Source: a virus. From it: a stretch of DNA of 64,000 nt. Below, piece after piece: positions 20,142 through 30,535 of this stretch (positions within the stretch are counted from its first letter, which is position 1; every line of letters starts with the position of its first letter). The notes beneath the pieces are model-generated. The model was not told the DNA's origin. It ran no database searches and saw nothing but the letters and a program-made list of their open reading frames with translations. Made by a program: the position numbers and the translations under genes. The stretch is from positions 7,823-71,822 of the IMG/VR virus record IMGVR_UViG_3300017731_001834. One strand, given 5' to 3'.

Positions 20142-21501
20142 AACTTTAGTAAAATTTGGAACTTCATTTCAATCAAAGATAATAGCTTCATTATTATCTG
20201 ATAAGAAATTTATACAAACAATAATGGACATTATAAAGCCATCCATGTTTGATTCAGATTCAAACAAGTGGTTGGTAAAACATATTCAAGAATATTATTT
20301 TGAGTATAAAAAGCAACCAACGTTAGAGGTACTAAAATGTGGTGTTGAAGAAATCGATAATGATATATTAAAATCAGGCGTAGTAGAAAAATTAAGAGAG
20401 ACTTGGAAGCACATCGAGGCTACTGATTTAGATTTTGTTCAAAAGAAGACTTTAGATTTTTGTAAAAATCAAACACTAAAAAGCGCCATATTAGAATCGG
20501 TGGACTTATTAGAGAATAAAGATTATGATGGTATAAAAAATATTATTGATGAAGCTATGAAAGCTGGAACTACGAAAGATTTAGGACATGATTATATTGA
20601 GTCTTTTAAATCAAGACTTGAAGAGTCTGCTAGAACCACAGTTAAAACTCCTTGGGATGTTGTTAATGATATTATGGATGGTGGTTTAGGTGCAGGTGAA
20701 TTAGGTGTAATAGTTGCGCCAGCTGGTATTGGTAAGTCTTGGACTTTACAATCTTTAGGTAGTAGTGTTTTGAAAAACAAAGGTGTGATAGTTCACTATA
20801 CTTTAGAATTGAATGAGAACTATGTAGGTTTGAGATATGATTCTATTTTTAGTGGTGTGACTACAGCAAATATCAAATATCATAAAGAAGATGTTGAGTC
20901 TAAAATAAAGAAGTTAAATGGTAAGTTATTAATAAAATATTTCCCAACAAAATCAGCTACAGTACAAACAATAGGTTCACACCTAAAACAGATAGAACTA
21001 AGTGGTATCAAGGTTGATATGGCTTTGGTTGATTATGCAGATATTCTAATGCCTACAGGTAACTTTAAAGAAAAAAGACATGCGATAGGTAATATTTATG
21101 AAGACCTAAGAGGTTTGGCTGGTGAGATGGAGATTCCGATATGGACAGCATCACAGGCTAATCGTTCAGCATTAGAAGAGGATGTTATTGGGGCAGATAA
21201 GGTGGCTGAGGATTATAGTAAGGTCATGACCGCTGACTTTGTTATGAGTATGAGTCGTAAGGTCGAAGATAAGATAGCTAACACAGGTCGTTTTCATGTT
21301 ATAAAAAATAGGTTTGGTATAGATGGTATCACATATCCAGCGACCATAAATACTAACATAGGTCAAATTCAAGTGTTCGAAGGTAGTAGTCAGTTTGGTA
21401 AAGAGGCACAAGGTAAGATGAATAATAGTGAAGAGTTTTTAAGAAAAGAATTAGCTAACAAATATAAAGATTTTGGTAAAAATGTTGACGGATTTGAGTA
21501 A
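20134..21501 (+). CDS. Replicative helicase (DnaB / T4 gp41-like)
   Basis: Walker A APAGIGKS, YTLE, VDYAD, WTASQANR and KNRFG. Confidence 0.9.
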   Translation: MSETLVKFGTSFQSKIIASLLSDKKFIQTIMDIIKPSMFDSDSNKWLVKHIQEYYFEYKKQPTLEVLKCGVEEIDNDILKSGVVEKLRETWKHIEATDLDFVQKKTLDFCKNQTLKSAILESVDLLENKDYDGIKNIIDEAMKAGTTKDLGHDYIESFKSRLEESARTTVKTPWDVVNDIMDGGLGAGELGVIVAPAGIGKSWTLQSLGSSVLKNKGVIVHYTLELNENYVGLRYDSIFSGVTTANIKYHKEDVESKIKKLNGKLLIKYFPTKSATVQTIGSHLKQIELSGIKVDMALVDYADILMPTGNFKEKRHAIGNIYEDLRGLAGEMEIPIWTASQANRSALEEDVIGADKVAEDYSKVMTADFVMSMSRKVEDKIANTGRFHVIKNRFGIDGITYPATINTNIGQIQVFEGSSQFGKEAQGKMNNSEEFLRKELANKYKDFGKNVDGFE

Positions 21502-21563
21502 AGAGTCTTATATATATGATATTTATTTTTGTTACAAAAATGAGTTTACAAGGAGTATTTTGA

Positions 21564-23570
21564 ATGGAAAATTTTAAGTTATCAGAAAAGTTTATAGACA
21601 AGTATAAAAGGAAAAAGGCTCCTTTTGGTTTTAACGGATTAGGTGAGTTGGTTTATATGAGAACCTATTCACGAATCAAAGAAAATGGAAAAAATGAGAG
21701 ATGGTGGGAAACTGTTCAAAGGGTTGTTGAAGGCACCTACACAATGCAAAAAAATCATATCGAATCTCATCAGTTAGGTTGGAATGCCTGGCAAGCACAG
21801 AAGTCTGCTCAAGAGATGTATGATAGAATATTTCACATGAAGTTCTTACCACCAGGTCGTGGTTTATGGGCTATGGGAACCGCCGTTACAGAAGAGAAAG
21901 GATTGTATGCGGCTTTAAACAATTGTGCTTTCGTATCAACAAAAACACTAAAGGAAGACTATTCAAAGCCATTTTGTTTCTTAATGGATGCAAGTATGTT
22001 AGGTGTTGGTGTAGGATTTGATACAAAGGGTGCTGGTGAAATTATCGTTAAAGGCGTTGATGAAGATAGAGAAACTACGTACGTAATACCAGACACTCGT
22101 GAGGGTTGGGTAGAATCTTTGAAATTACTATTAGAAAGTTATTTTCATGGACAACCTATGGTTGAGTTTGATTACTCAAAGGTAAGACCAGAAGGTGAAC
22201 CAATCAAGGGCTTCGGTGGTGTGTCAAGTGGGCCTGAACCTTTAATGGAAGTTCATGAAGATATCAGAGAAGTATTACAAAAGAACAGTGGAGAACCAAT
22301 AACAATCACAACAATAGTAGACATAATGAATCTTATAGGTAAATGTGTTGTCGCTGGTAATGTAAGAAGAACAGCAGAGATTGTATTCGGTGACCCATAC
22401 AACGAAGAATACTTAGATTTAAAAAATTACAAAGTAAATCCACATAGAGACCAATATGGTTGGACATCAAACAACTCAATATTCGCAGAGTTAGGTATGG
22501 ATTATACAGAGGTTTCTAAGAGAGTTGTAGATAATGGTGAACCAGGTTTTGCTTGGTTAGATAACATGAGACATTACTCAAGGATGAAGAATGGTGGTGA
22601 TAATAAAGACCATAGAGTTATGGGTGGTAATCCTTGTTTAGAACAATCATTAGAATCATATGAGCTATGTTGTCTTGTAGAAACATTTCCAAACAATCAT
22701 GATTCATTAGAGGATTATCAACGTACCCTTAAATATGCATATCTGTATGCTAAGACGGTAACTCTTGGTAGAACTCATTGGTCGGATACAAATAGGGTTA
22801 TGTTAAGAAACAGACGAATCGGTTGTTCAGTAAGTGGTGTCGCTCAATTTATTACCAAACGTGGTATCCATGAATTAAGAGATTGGTTAGAGGGTGGTTA
22901 TGATACGATTCAAGAATGGGATAAACAATATTCAGATTGGTTTGCAGTACCAAAGTCAATCAAGACTACCTCAGTAAAACCAAGTGGTACGGTATCTCTT
23001 TTAGCAGGTGCTACACCAGGTCTTCATTATCCTGAATCACGATTCTACATTAGAAGAATCAGATTATCAAAACATTCAGAGTTGATTGAACCACTAAAAA
23101 AAGCAGGTTATAAGATTGAACCAGCATTTGGTTCAGAGGACACAACAATGGTTGTAGAGGTGCCAGTAGATGTAGGTGAGGGAATACGAACGGCGGGAGA
23201 ACTCTCTATTTGGGAACAATTTAACATAGCAGCTTTTATGCAGAGACATTGGGCTGATAACCAAGTTAGTTGCACAGTGACGTTCGACCCACAGACAGAG
23301 GGAGAACAGATACCTCACGTATTAAACTACTTTCAATATCACCTAAAAGGTATTTCATTATTACCAAGACATGATTGGGGTGCTTATCCTCAAATGCCAT
23401 ACGAATCCATAGAAGAGAAAGAGTATGAAAAGCAAATTAAAGGTCTCGGTAAGTTATCATTCGGAGTAATCAAGAATGAAGAAGCAGAGATAGATAAGTT
23501 CTGCAATAATGATAATTGTGAAGTACCATCTCTTACAGGTGATAATGATGACCAAGACTATGCAAATTAA
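21564..23570 (+). CDS. nrdJ: Class II adenosylcobalamin-dependent ribonucleotide reductase (monomeric RTPR type)
   Basis: RTYSR, PPGRGLW, LNNCAF, GNVRR, NPCLEQSLESYELCCL, VKPSGTVS and a C-terminal Cys pair. Confidence 0.93.
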   Translation: MENFKLSEKFIDKYKRKKAPFGFNGLGELVYMRTYSRIKENGKNERWWETVQRVVEGTYTMQKNHIESHQLGWNAWQAQKSAQEMYDRIFHMKFLPPGRGLWAMGTAVTEEKGLYAALNNCAFVSTKTLKEDYSKPFCFLMDASMLGVGVGFDTKGAGEIIVKGVDEDRETTYVIPDTREGWVESLKLLLESYFHGQPMVEFDYSKVRPEGEPIKGFGGVSSGPEPLMEVHEDIREVLQKNSGEPITITTIVDIMNLIGKCVVAGNVRRTAEIVFGDPYNEEYLDLKNYKVNPHRDQYGWTSNNSIFAELGMDYTEVSKRVVDNGEPGFAWLDNMRHYSRMKNGGDNKDHRVMGGNPCLEQSLESYELCCLVETFPNNHDSLEDYQRTLKYAYLYAKTVTLGRTHWSDTNRVMLRNRRIGCSVSGVAQFITKRGIHELRDWLEGGYDTIQEWDKQYSDWFAVPKSIKTTSVKPSGTVSLLAGATPGLHYPESRFYIRRIRLSKHSELIEPLKKAGYKIEPAFGSEDTTMVVEVPVDVGEGIRTAGELSIWEQFNIAAFMQRHWADNQVSCTVTFDPQTEGEQIPHVLNYFQYHLKGISLLPRHDWGAYPQMPYESIEEKEYEKQIKGLGKLSFGVIKNEEAEIDKFCNNDNCEVPSLTGDNDDQDYAN

Positions 23571-23591
23571 AATTTCACATACAAATAGCGG

Positions 23592-23625
23592 ACAGGCAGT
23601 AGACACACCTGTGAAAAAATGTGTC
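23592..23625 (+). ncRNA. Putative cis-acting H-type RNA pseudoknot in the TonB receptor leader
   Basis: S1 ACAGG(23592-96)/CCTGT(23608-12); S2 GACACA(23602-07)/TGTGTC(23620-25); L1 CAGTA; L3 GAAAAAA. Confidence 0.5.
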
Positions 23626-23653
23626 GTTCATAACAATAACAAGGAGATTCGAT

Positions 23654-26428
23654 ATGAAAAGTCGTAATCTAATTGCTATGATGATGACTCTACTCACACC
23701 GATAATGTTGTTTTCACAATCGGTAACAGGAAAAGTTACATCAGAAGCAGGAGACCCCTTACCAAATGCTAACATTGTTGTAGTAGGAACCGAATTAGGT
23801 ACAATTTCAGATGAAATTGGTACATTTGTACTTGATTTAGGTGCTGGTGACTACACAATTACAGCGACGGTAATTGGGTTTAAACCACAATCACAAACCG
23901 TGAAAGTAACAGAAGCAGATACAGATTTAATGATGGCTTTTGTTCTTCCACTAAACGTGATTGAATTATCAGACGTTGAGGTTTTGGCTTCAAGGGCTGA
24001 TGATAAAACACCTGTTGCTTACACAACTGTAAGTAAAGAAGAGTTAGAAGTTCGTCTTGGGTCACAAGATATTCCAATGGCTCTAAATACTACACCAAGT
24101 GTATATGCAACACAACAAGGTGGTGGTGCGGGTGATGCTCGTATCAATGTTCGTGGATTCAATCAAAGAAACGTAGCAGTTATGATTAACGGTGTTCCCC
24201 AAAATGATATGGAGAACGGATGGGTTTATTGGAGTAATTGGGACGGAGTAGCAGATGCAGCTAACTCTATTCAGTTACAAAGAGGTCTATCGGCTGTTAA
24301 TTTAGCTACACCATCAATTGGTGGAACTATGAACATCATAACAAATCCAGCTGGAGCTGAAAAAGGTGGTAAATTCAAACAAGAAGGTGGTGCAGGTAAT
24401 TTCTTGAAAACTACTTTTAACTACAATACTGGTTTGATGATGGGAGACAAGTTAGCATTGAGTGGAACTTTGGTTCGTAAGACTGGTGATGGTATCATCG
24501 ACGCTACTTGGACAGACGCATGGGCTTATTATTTAGGTTCTAGTTTTCAGATGAATGAAAACAATAGATTTGAATTATATGCAATTGGCGCTCCACAACG
24601 TCACGGTCAAAATCTGTACAAACAGAATATCGCTACTTACTCACAAGAGTTAGCTGGTGATGTCGATGGATATGATGTCAATGCTTTTGCTGACGGTGCT
24701 AAGTTCCAAACAGAAGGTGGTCGTACATTTAATCAGAATTGGGCTCCTGTAAGTTCAGACTATACAGGTAAACAATATTGGTATATGTATGGAGTTGGTG
24801 GACTATTTGGTGGTGGAAATCAAGACAGATATAACTCTGGTTTCTTAAATGAAAGAGAAAACTTCTTTCATAAGCCATTAGTAAACCTAAACCACTTTAT
24901 GACTATCAACGAAAAGACAAGACTAAGTTCAGTATTGTATTGGAGTGGTGGTTCAGGTGGTGGAACTGGTACATACGGTTCATCATTTAGAAAACCAGCT
25001 GTAGATGGTGAAAGGTGGTATAGAAGTTCACCATGGGGTTGGGATTGGGATGCAGCTATTGCAACCAATTCAAACAACGTTGATGCTAACTTTGATGCGA
25101 CAATGAATCGTTCAAAGGGTATTCTTCGTAACTCAATCAATCGTCAAGATACTTATGGTTTGATTTCAAAACTTAACTATGAAGTTAGTGACGAACTTGA
25201 GATTCAACTTGGTTTAGATTGGAGAACTGCAGGTATAGAACACGCTCGTGAAGTTCGTGACTTACTTGGCGGTGACTACTATGTAGACTATGCTGATGAT
25301 AATGCACCTGATGGTAAAAAGGTCGGTTTAGGTGACATCATCGCTTATCACAATCACACTACAGTCGATTGGATTGGTGGATTCTTACAAGGTAACTACA
25401 CTAAAGATAAACTAAATGTTTATGGTATGGGTGGAGTTTCAAGTATCAAGTATTCTTACCAAGACCACTTTACAGTTGCTGATGAAGTGATTACAGCAGA
25501 TGCTATCTCAACTTTCCAAGTTAAGGGTGGAGCTATGTATGACGTAGATGATAATGTTAGTGTATTTGCTAACACAGGCTACGTTCAGAAACCACCTATC
25601 ATGGATAACGTAATCTACTTTGATGGTACAGTCGCTTCAGACCCATCTAACGAAAAGTTCATCAGTTCAGAAGCTGGTGTAAACTTCAATACTGAGAATG
25701 TAGCAGTTAAAGTGAGTGCTTACAATACTGATTGGATGGATAGAAACCAAACTAAATCTGTAACAACAGGTCAAGGTGACTCAGGTGATACTGACGTGAT
25801 TTTCTTGAGTGGTATCAATCAGAAACACCAAGGTCTTGAGATTGAAGCTTCAATGAAACTTAATGACATGATTCGTTTAGACGGAGCAGTATCATTTGGT
25901 AAGTGGAAGTTTGATGGAGATGCAAAAGGTAACTATCAAGAGAATGAGTACAATGATGCAGGTCAGGTAATCGGTCTAAAGACCACACCTTACTCTTATG
26001 CACTTAATGGATTATTCGTGGGTGATATGCCTCAGACAGCTTATGTCATGGGTGCAACACTTACACCAATCAAGGGTCTTAGACTACAAGGTATCTTTAA
26101 GATGTACGATAAGAACTACGCTGATTGGAGTCCAAATGCACGTGAGTATGATGGAAGTGATGCTGATGCTGATAGAGACCAAGTATGGATGGCACCAAAG
26201 TACAATCGTTTAGACCTACATGGTTCATACAAACTACCAAAAGTTGGTGGTCTTGATATGAGTCTAACTGGTCACATTTTCAACGCTCTTGACGCAGTTT
26301 ATGTACAAGACGCAGTTGACAATTCACAATACAATGGTTTCGGTGATAAACTTCACCTACCACATAACGCAGAGGTATTCTTAGGAACACCACGTTATGC
26401 TAACATTGGTATAGTTGTAAATTTCTAA
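23654..26428 (+). CDS. TonB-dependent outer-membrane receptor (FCB-group type)
   Basis: Start reassigned to ATG 23654 (AAGGAG SD). Signal peptide, N-terminal carboxypeptidase-regulatory-like domain, plug (TPVAYTTV, NVRGFNQRN, NGVPQND, IGGTMNIIT), beta-barrel and terminal Phe. Confidence 0.92.
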   Translation: MKSRNLIAMMMTLLTPIMLFSQSVTGKVTSEAGDPLPNANIVVVGTELGTISDEIGTFVLDLGAGDYTITATVIGFKPQSQTVKVTEADTDLMMAFVLPLNVIELSDVEVLASRADDKTPVAYTTVSKEELEVRLGSQDIPMALNTTPSVYATQQGGGAGDARINVRGFNQRNVAVMINGVPQNDMENGWVYWSNWDGVADAANSIQLQRGLSAVNLATPSIGGTMNIITNPAGAEKGGKFKQEGGAGNFLKTTFNYNTGLMMGDKLALSGTLVRKTGDGIIDATWTDAWAYYLGSSFQMNENNRFELYAIGAPQRHGQNLYKQNIATYSQELAGDVDGYDVNAFADGAKFQTEGGRTFNQNWAPVSSDYTGKQYWYMYGVGGLFGGGNQDRYNSGFLNERENFFHKPLVNLNHFMTINEKTRLSSVLYWSGGSGGGTGTYGSSFRKPAVDGERWYRSSPWGWDWDAAIATNSNNVDANFDATMNRSKGILRNSINRQDTYGLISKLNYEVSDELEIQLGLDWRTAGIEHAREVRDLLGGDYYVDYADDNAPDGKKVGLGDIIAYHNHTTVDWIGGFLQGNYTKDKLNVYGMGGVSSIKYSYQDHFTVADEVITADAISTFQVKGGAMYDVDDNVSVFANTGYVQKPPIMDNVIYFDGTVASDPSNEKFISSEAGVNFNTENVAVKVSAYNTDWMDRNQTKSVTTGQGDSGDTDVIFLSGINQKHQGLEIEASMKLNDMIRLDGAVSFGKWKFDGDAKGNYQENEYNDAGQVIGLKTTPYSYALNGLFVGDMPQTAYVMGATLTPIKGLRLQGIFKMYDKNYADWSPNAREYDGSDADADRDQVWMAPKYNRLDLHGSYKLPKVGGLDMSLTGHIFNALDAVYVQDAVDNSQYNGFGDKLHLPHNAEVFLGTPRYANIGIVVNF

Positions 26429-26436
26429 GTAATTTT

Positions 26437-26462
26437 AGGGGGGATTAATTTCCCCCCTTTTT
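26437..26462 (+). terminator. Intrinsic terminator after the TonB receptor
   Basis: AGGGGGGA-ttaatt-TCCCCCCT followed by TTTT. Confidence 0.8.
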
Positions 26463-26474
26463 ACGGAGTATTAA

Positions 26475-26693
26475 ATGAACGAAAAATTATATAAATATGG
26501 AGTGATATATCTTGGTACAGCCATTATGATGTTATCACCTTATTTTATAAATTCACATATAGGAAAGATAGGGATGTTAATTGGTTTAGCTCTACTTACT
26601 ATTCAAACTCAAAAAACCAAACAATATAATTTATCCTTACTTAACATAGTAGGATTTTGTGGTTACTTATTCAGCTTATATCAATCACTATGA
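26475..26693 (+). CDS. Small integral membrane protein (~3 TM)
   Basis: GGAG SD; three hydrophobic stretches in 72 aa. Confidence 0.6.
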   Translation: MNEKLYKYGVIYLGTAIMMLSPYFINSHIGKIGMLIGLALLTIQTQKTKQYNLSLLNIVGFCGYLFSLYQSL

Positions 26694-27223
26694 GCAAATT
26701 AATAAATTTATTCGGAGGGCCAGGTATCGGAAAGTCCTCTATAGCAGCAGGGGTTTTTTACGAACTCAAAAGAAAACATATAAGTTGTAATAATCCATAC
26801 GAGTTTCCAAAGAGACTAGCATGGGATAACAACCTACCAGCGATAAAAGACCAGCTTTACGTATGTGCTAATCAACATAGGGGAATAGCTGAATGTTATG
26901 GTAAGGTTGATTACATAGTTGTAGATTCACCAGTCTTATTCTCATTAATATATAAGACATGGTATAGTAAAGGTTATCCAGCCGAGTTTTATTCAGAAGC
27001 CTTTAATCAAATGGTTTTAGACCTACATAACAATTATGATAATATAAATGTAATGTTGGAACGACCAGAAGCAAATCATAATGACGCTGAGAGATTTCAG
27101 AACTTAGAGGATTCAATCAAAATAGATAAACATTGTATCAAAACATTAGATGATAATAATATAGATTATCATACAATTAAAACGGATGATAATACCGTAC
27201 AAAAAATTATTGAATTATTATAA
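26690..27223 (+). CDS. P-loop NTPase / kinase (NadR-type AAA_28-like)
   Basis: Start ATG 26690 (ATGA overlap); LINLFGGPGIGKSS, EFPK, IVVDSPVL and R..QNLE.S..ID. Confidence 0.7.
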   Translation: MSKLINLFGGPGIGKSSIAAGVFYELKRKHISCNNPYEFPKRLAWDNNLPAIKDQLYVCANQHRGIAECYGKVDYIVVDSPVLFSLIYKTWYSKGYPAEFYSEAFNQMVLDLHNNYDNINVMLERPEANHNDAERFQNLEDSIKIDKHCIKTLDDNNIDYHTIKTDDNTVQKIIELL

Positions 27224-27231
27224 AAAAACAC

Positions 27232-27261
27232 TTGACAAGTATAGGTTTTATTTCGTATATT
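27232..27261 (+). promoter_or_regulatory. Sigma70-like early/middle promoter
   Basis: TTGACA-N18-TATATT with TTCG just before the -10; same architecture at 33055 and 60739. Confidence 0.7.
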
Positions 27262-27290
27262 CTGTCATGATAAATTGGGAAATTATATAG

Positions 27291-29797
27291 TTGTATCAAA
27301 ACATTTACTACGATAGACGTTTAAATAAAATGCATGTGTGGGATGATAAGCTGGTTATCTCACGTTCAATTACAAAAAATATGCTTATGTAAAAAATAGG
27401 ACTGGCACATTTGTATCGTTGTATGGAGACAGACTAAAGAAAATAAATAAGTGGGACAAAGACCAACCAGAATTATTTGAGTCCGATGTTTCTCCTGAAA
27501 TTAGGGTGTTGGTGGATAACTACACAGATTCAGACGAACCATCAGTAGGCAACAAGGTTATGATATTTGATATTGAGGTAGAAGTTACCGATGGTTTTCC
27601 TGACCCAAAGAGAGCAGAAAATACAATCACATCAATAGCATTCAATGACCCACTCACAGAAGAATATTATTGTTATGTCTTAGATACAAAAGATAAACTT
27701 GGACTTGGTGAATCACGAACCAAAAAAGATGGTGACATCATTGTTTCATTTTATGATGAATATGATTTATTAAATGCTTTCTTCAAAAAGTATATGGAGA
27801 TACAACCAACAATACTAACAGGTTGGAACGTCGAGTTCTTTGATGTAAACTATCTTTATAATAGAGCTCAACAAGTGGTTGGTAAAGATATAGCCAATTT
27901 GTTATCACCAATCGGTCAAGTTCAATGGAGTGATTTCAGTAAAAGATATAAGATAGCTGGTGTTAGTGTTTTAGATTATCTAGCACTATATAAAACATTT
28001 ACATTTAGTCAAAGAGCATCATATCGTTTGGACGCAATTGGTGAGTATGAAGTCGGTGAGAAAAAGGTTGCGTATGAGGGAACACTAAATGATTTGTATG
28101 AGAATGATATAGATAAGTTTGTTCAGTATAACTTACAAGACGTAAAGTTGGTACAAAAACTTGATGACAAACTTAACTTTATAGACATAGGTAGAGGTAT
28201 AGCACACTTGGGACATTGTCCTTATGAGGATGTATTCATGTCTTCTCGTTATTTAGAGGGTGCAATATTAGCTTATCTAAAGAAGAACGGTATCGTGGCA
28301 CCTAACAAACCACCACGACCTAAAAAATTTGGTAATGATAAATTCGCTGGGGCATATGTACAAGACCCAATCAAGGGTAAGCATGAGTGGGTTTATGATT
28401 TAGATATCACGAGTATGTATCCGTCTTGTATTATGTCTTTGAATATATCACCTGAGACTAAAATAGGAAAGATTGAGGGTTGGTCGCCAGAAGAGTTTCT
28501 AAAAGATAATCACAGAAAAACTTATACCATAACTAAAGATGATAAGGGGATGGGTAAGTTTACAGAAAAAGAATTAAAAAAGTTTTTAGATGGTAAAGAG
28601 ATTGGTGTAGCTACTAATGGTGTAATGTATAGAACGGATAAAGATGGACTACTACCTGCTCTTCTAAGAAAGTGGTTTGATGAAAGGGTAGAGTATCGCA
28701 AGTTATCAAAGAAGTTTCATGAAGAGGGTGATAGGGAACAATCAGACTATTTTGATAGAAGACAATACCTACAGAAAGTTCTGTTAAATAGTTTGTATGG
28801 TGTATTAGGATTACCCGTGTTTCGTTTTTATGATTTGGATAACGCAGAGGCTACAACCTACACAGGTCAAACCTTGATTAAGTTTACTAAAAAGATTGGT
28901 AATTCATATTACAATAAAATATTGAATGACAACGAAAATCATTGTATTTATATAGACACGGATTCGGTGTTCTATTCTGCAACACCATTAGTGAAGAAAA
29001 GATTTCCTGATGTAGATGTAAATGATGAAGATAAAATGTCAAAGTCTATTCTTGAGATAGCCGATGAGATGCAAACATATTTAAATAAAAGTTATGACTA
29101 CTTTGCTATGAAGTTTTGTAATTTAACAGAACATAGATTCGATATCAAACAAGAGGTTATTGCAAAAAGTGGCTTATTCGTAACAAAGAAAAGATATGGA
29201 TTAAAGATTATCAACGACAATGGTAAAAAAGTTGATAAGATGATGGTAAAGGGATTAGATACAGTTCGTAGTAGTTTTCCTGTAGCGATGAGAACAATGT
29301 TAAGTAAGTTGTTAGAGGATATATTAATGGATGTCCCAAAGGATAAGCTAGACAAATTTATTATAAATTTTAGAGAAAGTATGAAGCTGATGGAGTTTGA
29401 TAAGATAGCAGTTCCAACAAGCGTAAAGGGAATAAAAAAATATAGAACCGATGGTGGATTGTTCAGTTCATACGCAAAAGGAACACCAGTTCATGTTAAG
29501 TCAGCTTTATTCTATAATGATATATTAACGCATATGAAGATTTCAAAAAGATTTACAGAAATATTTGATGGTGAAAAAATTAAGTGGGTATATTTAAAAA
29601 ACAATCCGATAGGTATAGAGACAATGGCTTACAAAGGACACGAAGACCCACCAAAGATATTAGAGTTTATAAGACAATTTATAAATCCTGATAAGTTATA
29701 TAAACAAGCACTACACAAAAAAATTATGATGCTATACGAAGCGTTGGGTTGGGACGAACCCACGGATGCATCAAAAACAATGGAACGTTTTTTTTAA
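27291..29797 (+). CDS. Family B DNA polymerase (N-terminus interrupted by a -1 frame break near 27350)
   Basis: Exonuclease FDIE, TGWN..FD; polymerase DITSMYPS, KVLLNSLYG, YIDTDS, KKRY, KGLD. The upstream frame TTG-YQNIYYDRRLNKMHVWDDK continues as AGYLTFNYKKYAYVK in the track ORF's frame. Confidence 0.9.
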
Positions 29798-29809
29798 TAG
29801 GAGAATAAA

Positions 29810-30535
29810 ATGAATAAAAGTAAATTGGTTAGTTTTATAGGTAAGTATTATCTAAATGGAACTGTCAACTCAGTTATATTAAATAGTAGTTCAGATAGAA
29901 AGCAATTATCATGTAGGTTTATCTCAGGCGATAAGAATCTATTAGGTGAGGTAAAAATGGATGATTGGGATTTCGAAACATCTGAAATAGGTATCTACTC
30001 TACAGACCAACTATTAAAGTTGTTGTCTGTGCTAGATGAGGATATCAGAGTAAACTTAACAAAGGCTGGTGATAAAGCAATATCACTAAAAGTGAATGAC
30101 TCTACGTCAGCTGTAAATTATATGTTAAGTGATACAACGGTTATAAATGCACCACCACAAATGAAGCAAGTACCAGAGTTTGAATTAGAGATAGACGTGA
30201 CGCCAGCTCTAATTAATAAATTTATATCAGGTAAAAGTGCTTTGTCTGAGGAAGAACATTTTACTGTTATTACTGATGGGACTAGCACAAAGTTAGTTAT
30301 AGGATACGCTTCTGTAAATACGAATAGAGTGACCATTCCTGTTACTACTAACAAGGATAGTGTGATACCAAACACATCATTTGATGCTAATCTTTTCAAA
30401 GAAGTCCTTTCTGCAAATAAAGAATGTGAAAGTGCAACTTTATTCGTTAGTAGTGAGGGATTATCTAAGATTACTTTTGAAATAGATAAATACTCAGCTA
30501 CATATTACTTAGTTGCAAAGAGTACAAGTGACTAA
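29810..30535 (+). CDS. Sliding clamp (gp45/PCNA-like)
   Basis: ~240 aa alpha/beta protein between polB and the clamp loader; IGIYSTDQLLKLL and GLSKITF...ATYYLVA. Confidence 0.75.
   Translation: MNKSKLVSFIGKYYLNGTVNSVILNSSSDRKQLSCRFISGDKNLLGEVKMDDWDFETSEIGIYSTDQLLKLLSVLDEDIRVNLTKAGDKAISLKVNDSTSAVNYMLSDTTVINAPPQMKQVPEFELEIDVTPALINKFISGKSALSEEEHFTVITDGTSTKLVIGYASVNTNRVTIPVTTNKDSVIPNTSFDANLFKEVLSANKECESATLFVSSEGLSKITFEIDKYSATYYLVAKSTSD

Noticed and set aside
23571-23653. Cobalamin or TPP riboswitch; nrdJ stop-codon readthrough signal
   Set aside because: The spacer is only 83 nt and lacks B12-box and TPP consensus sequences. The pseudoknot starts 21 nt after a TAA, too far for typical readthrough stimulation.
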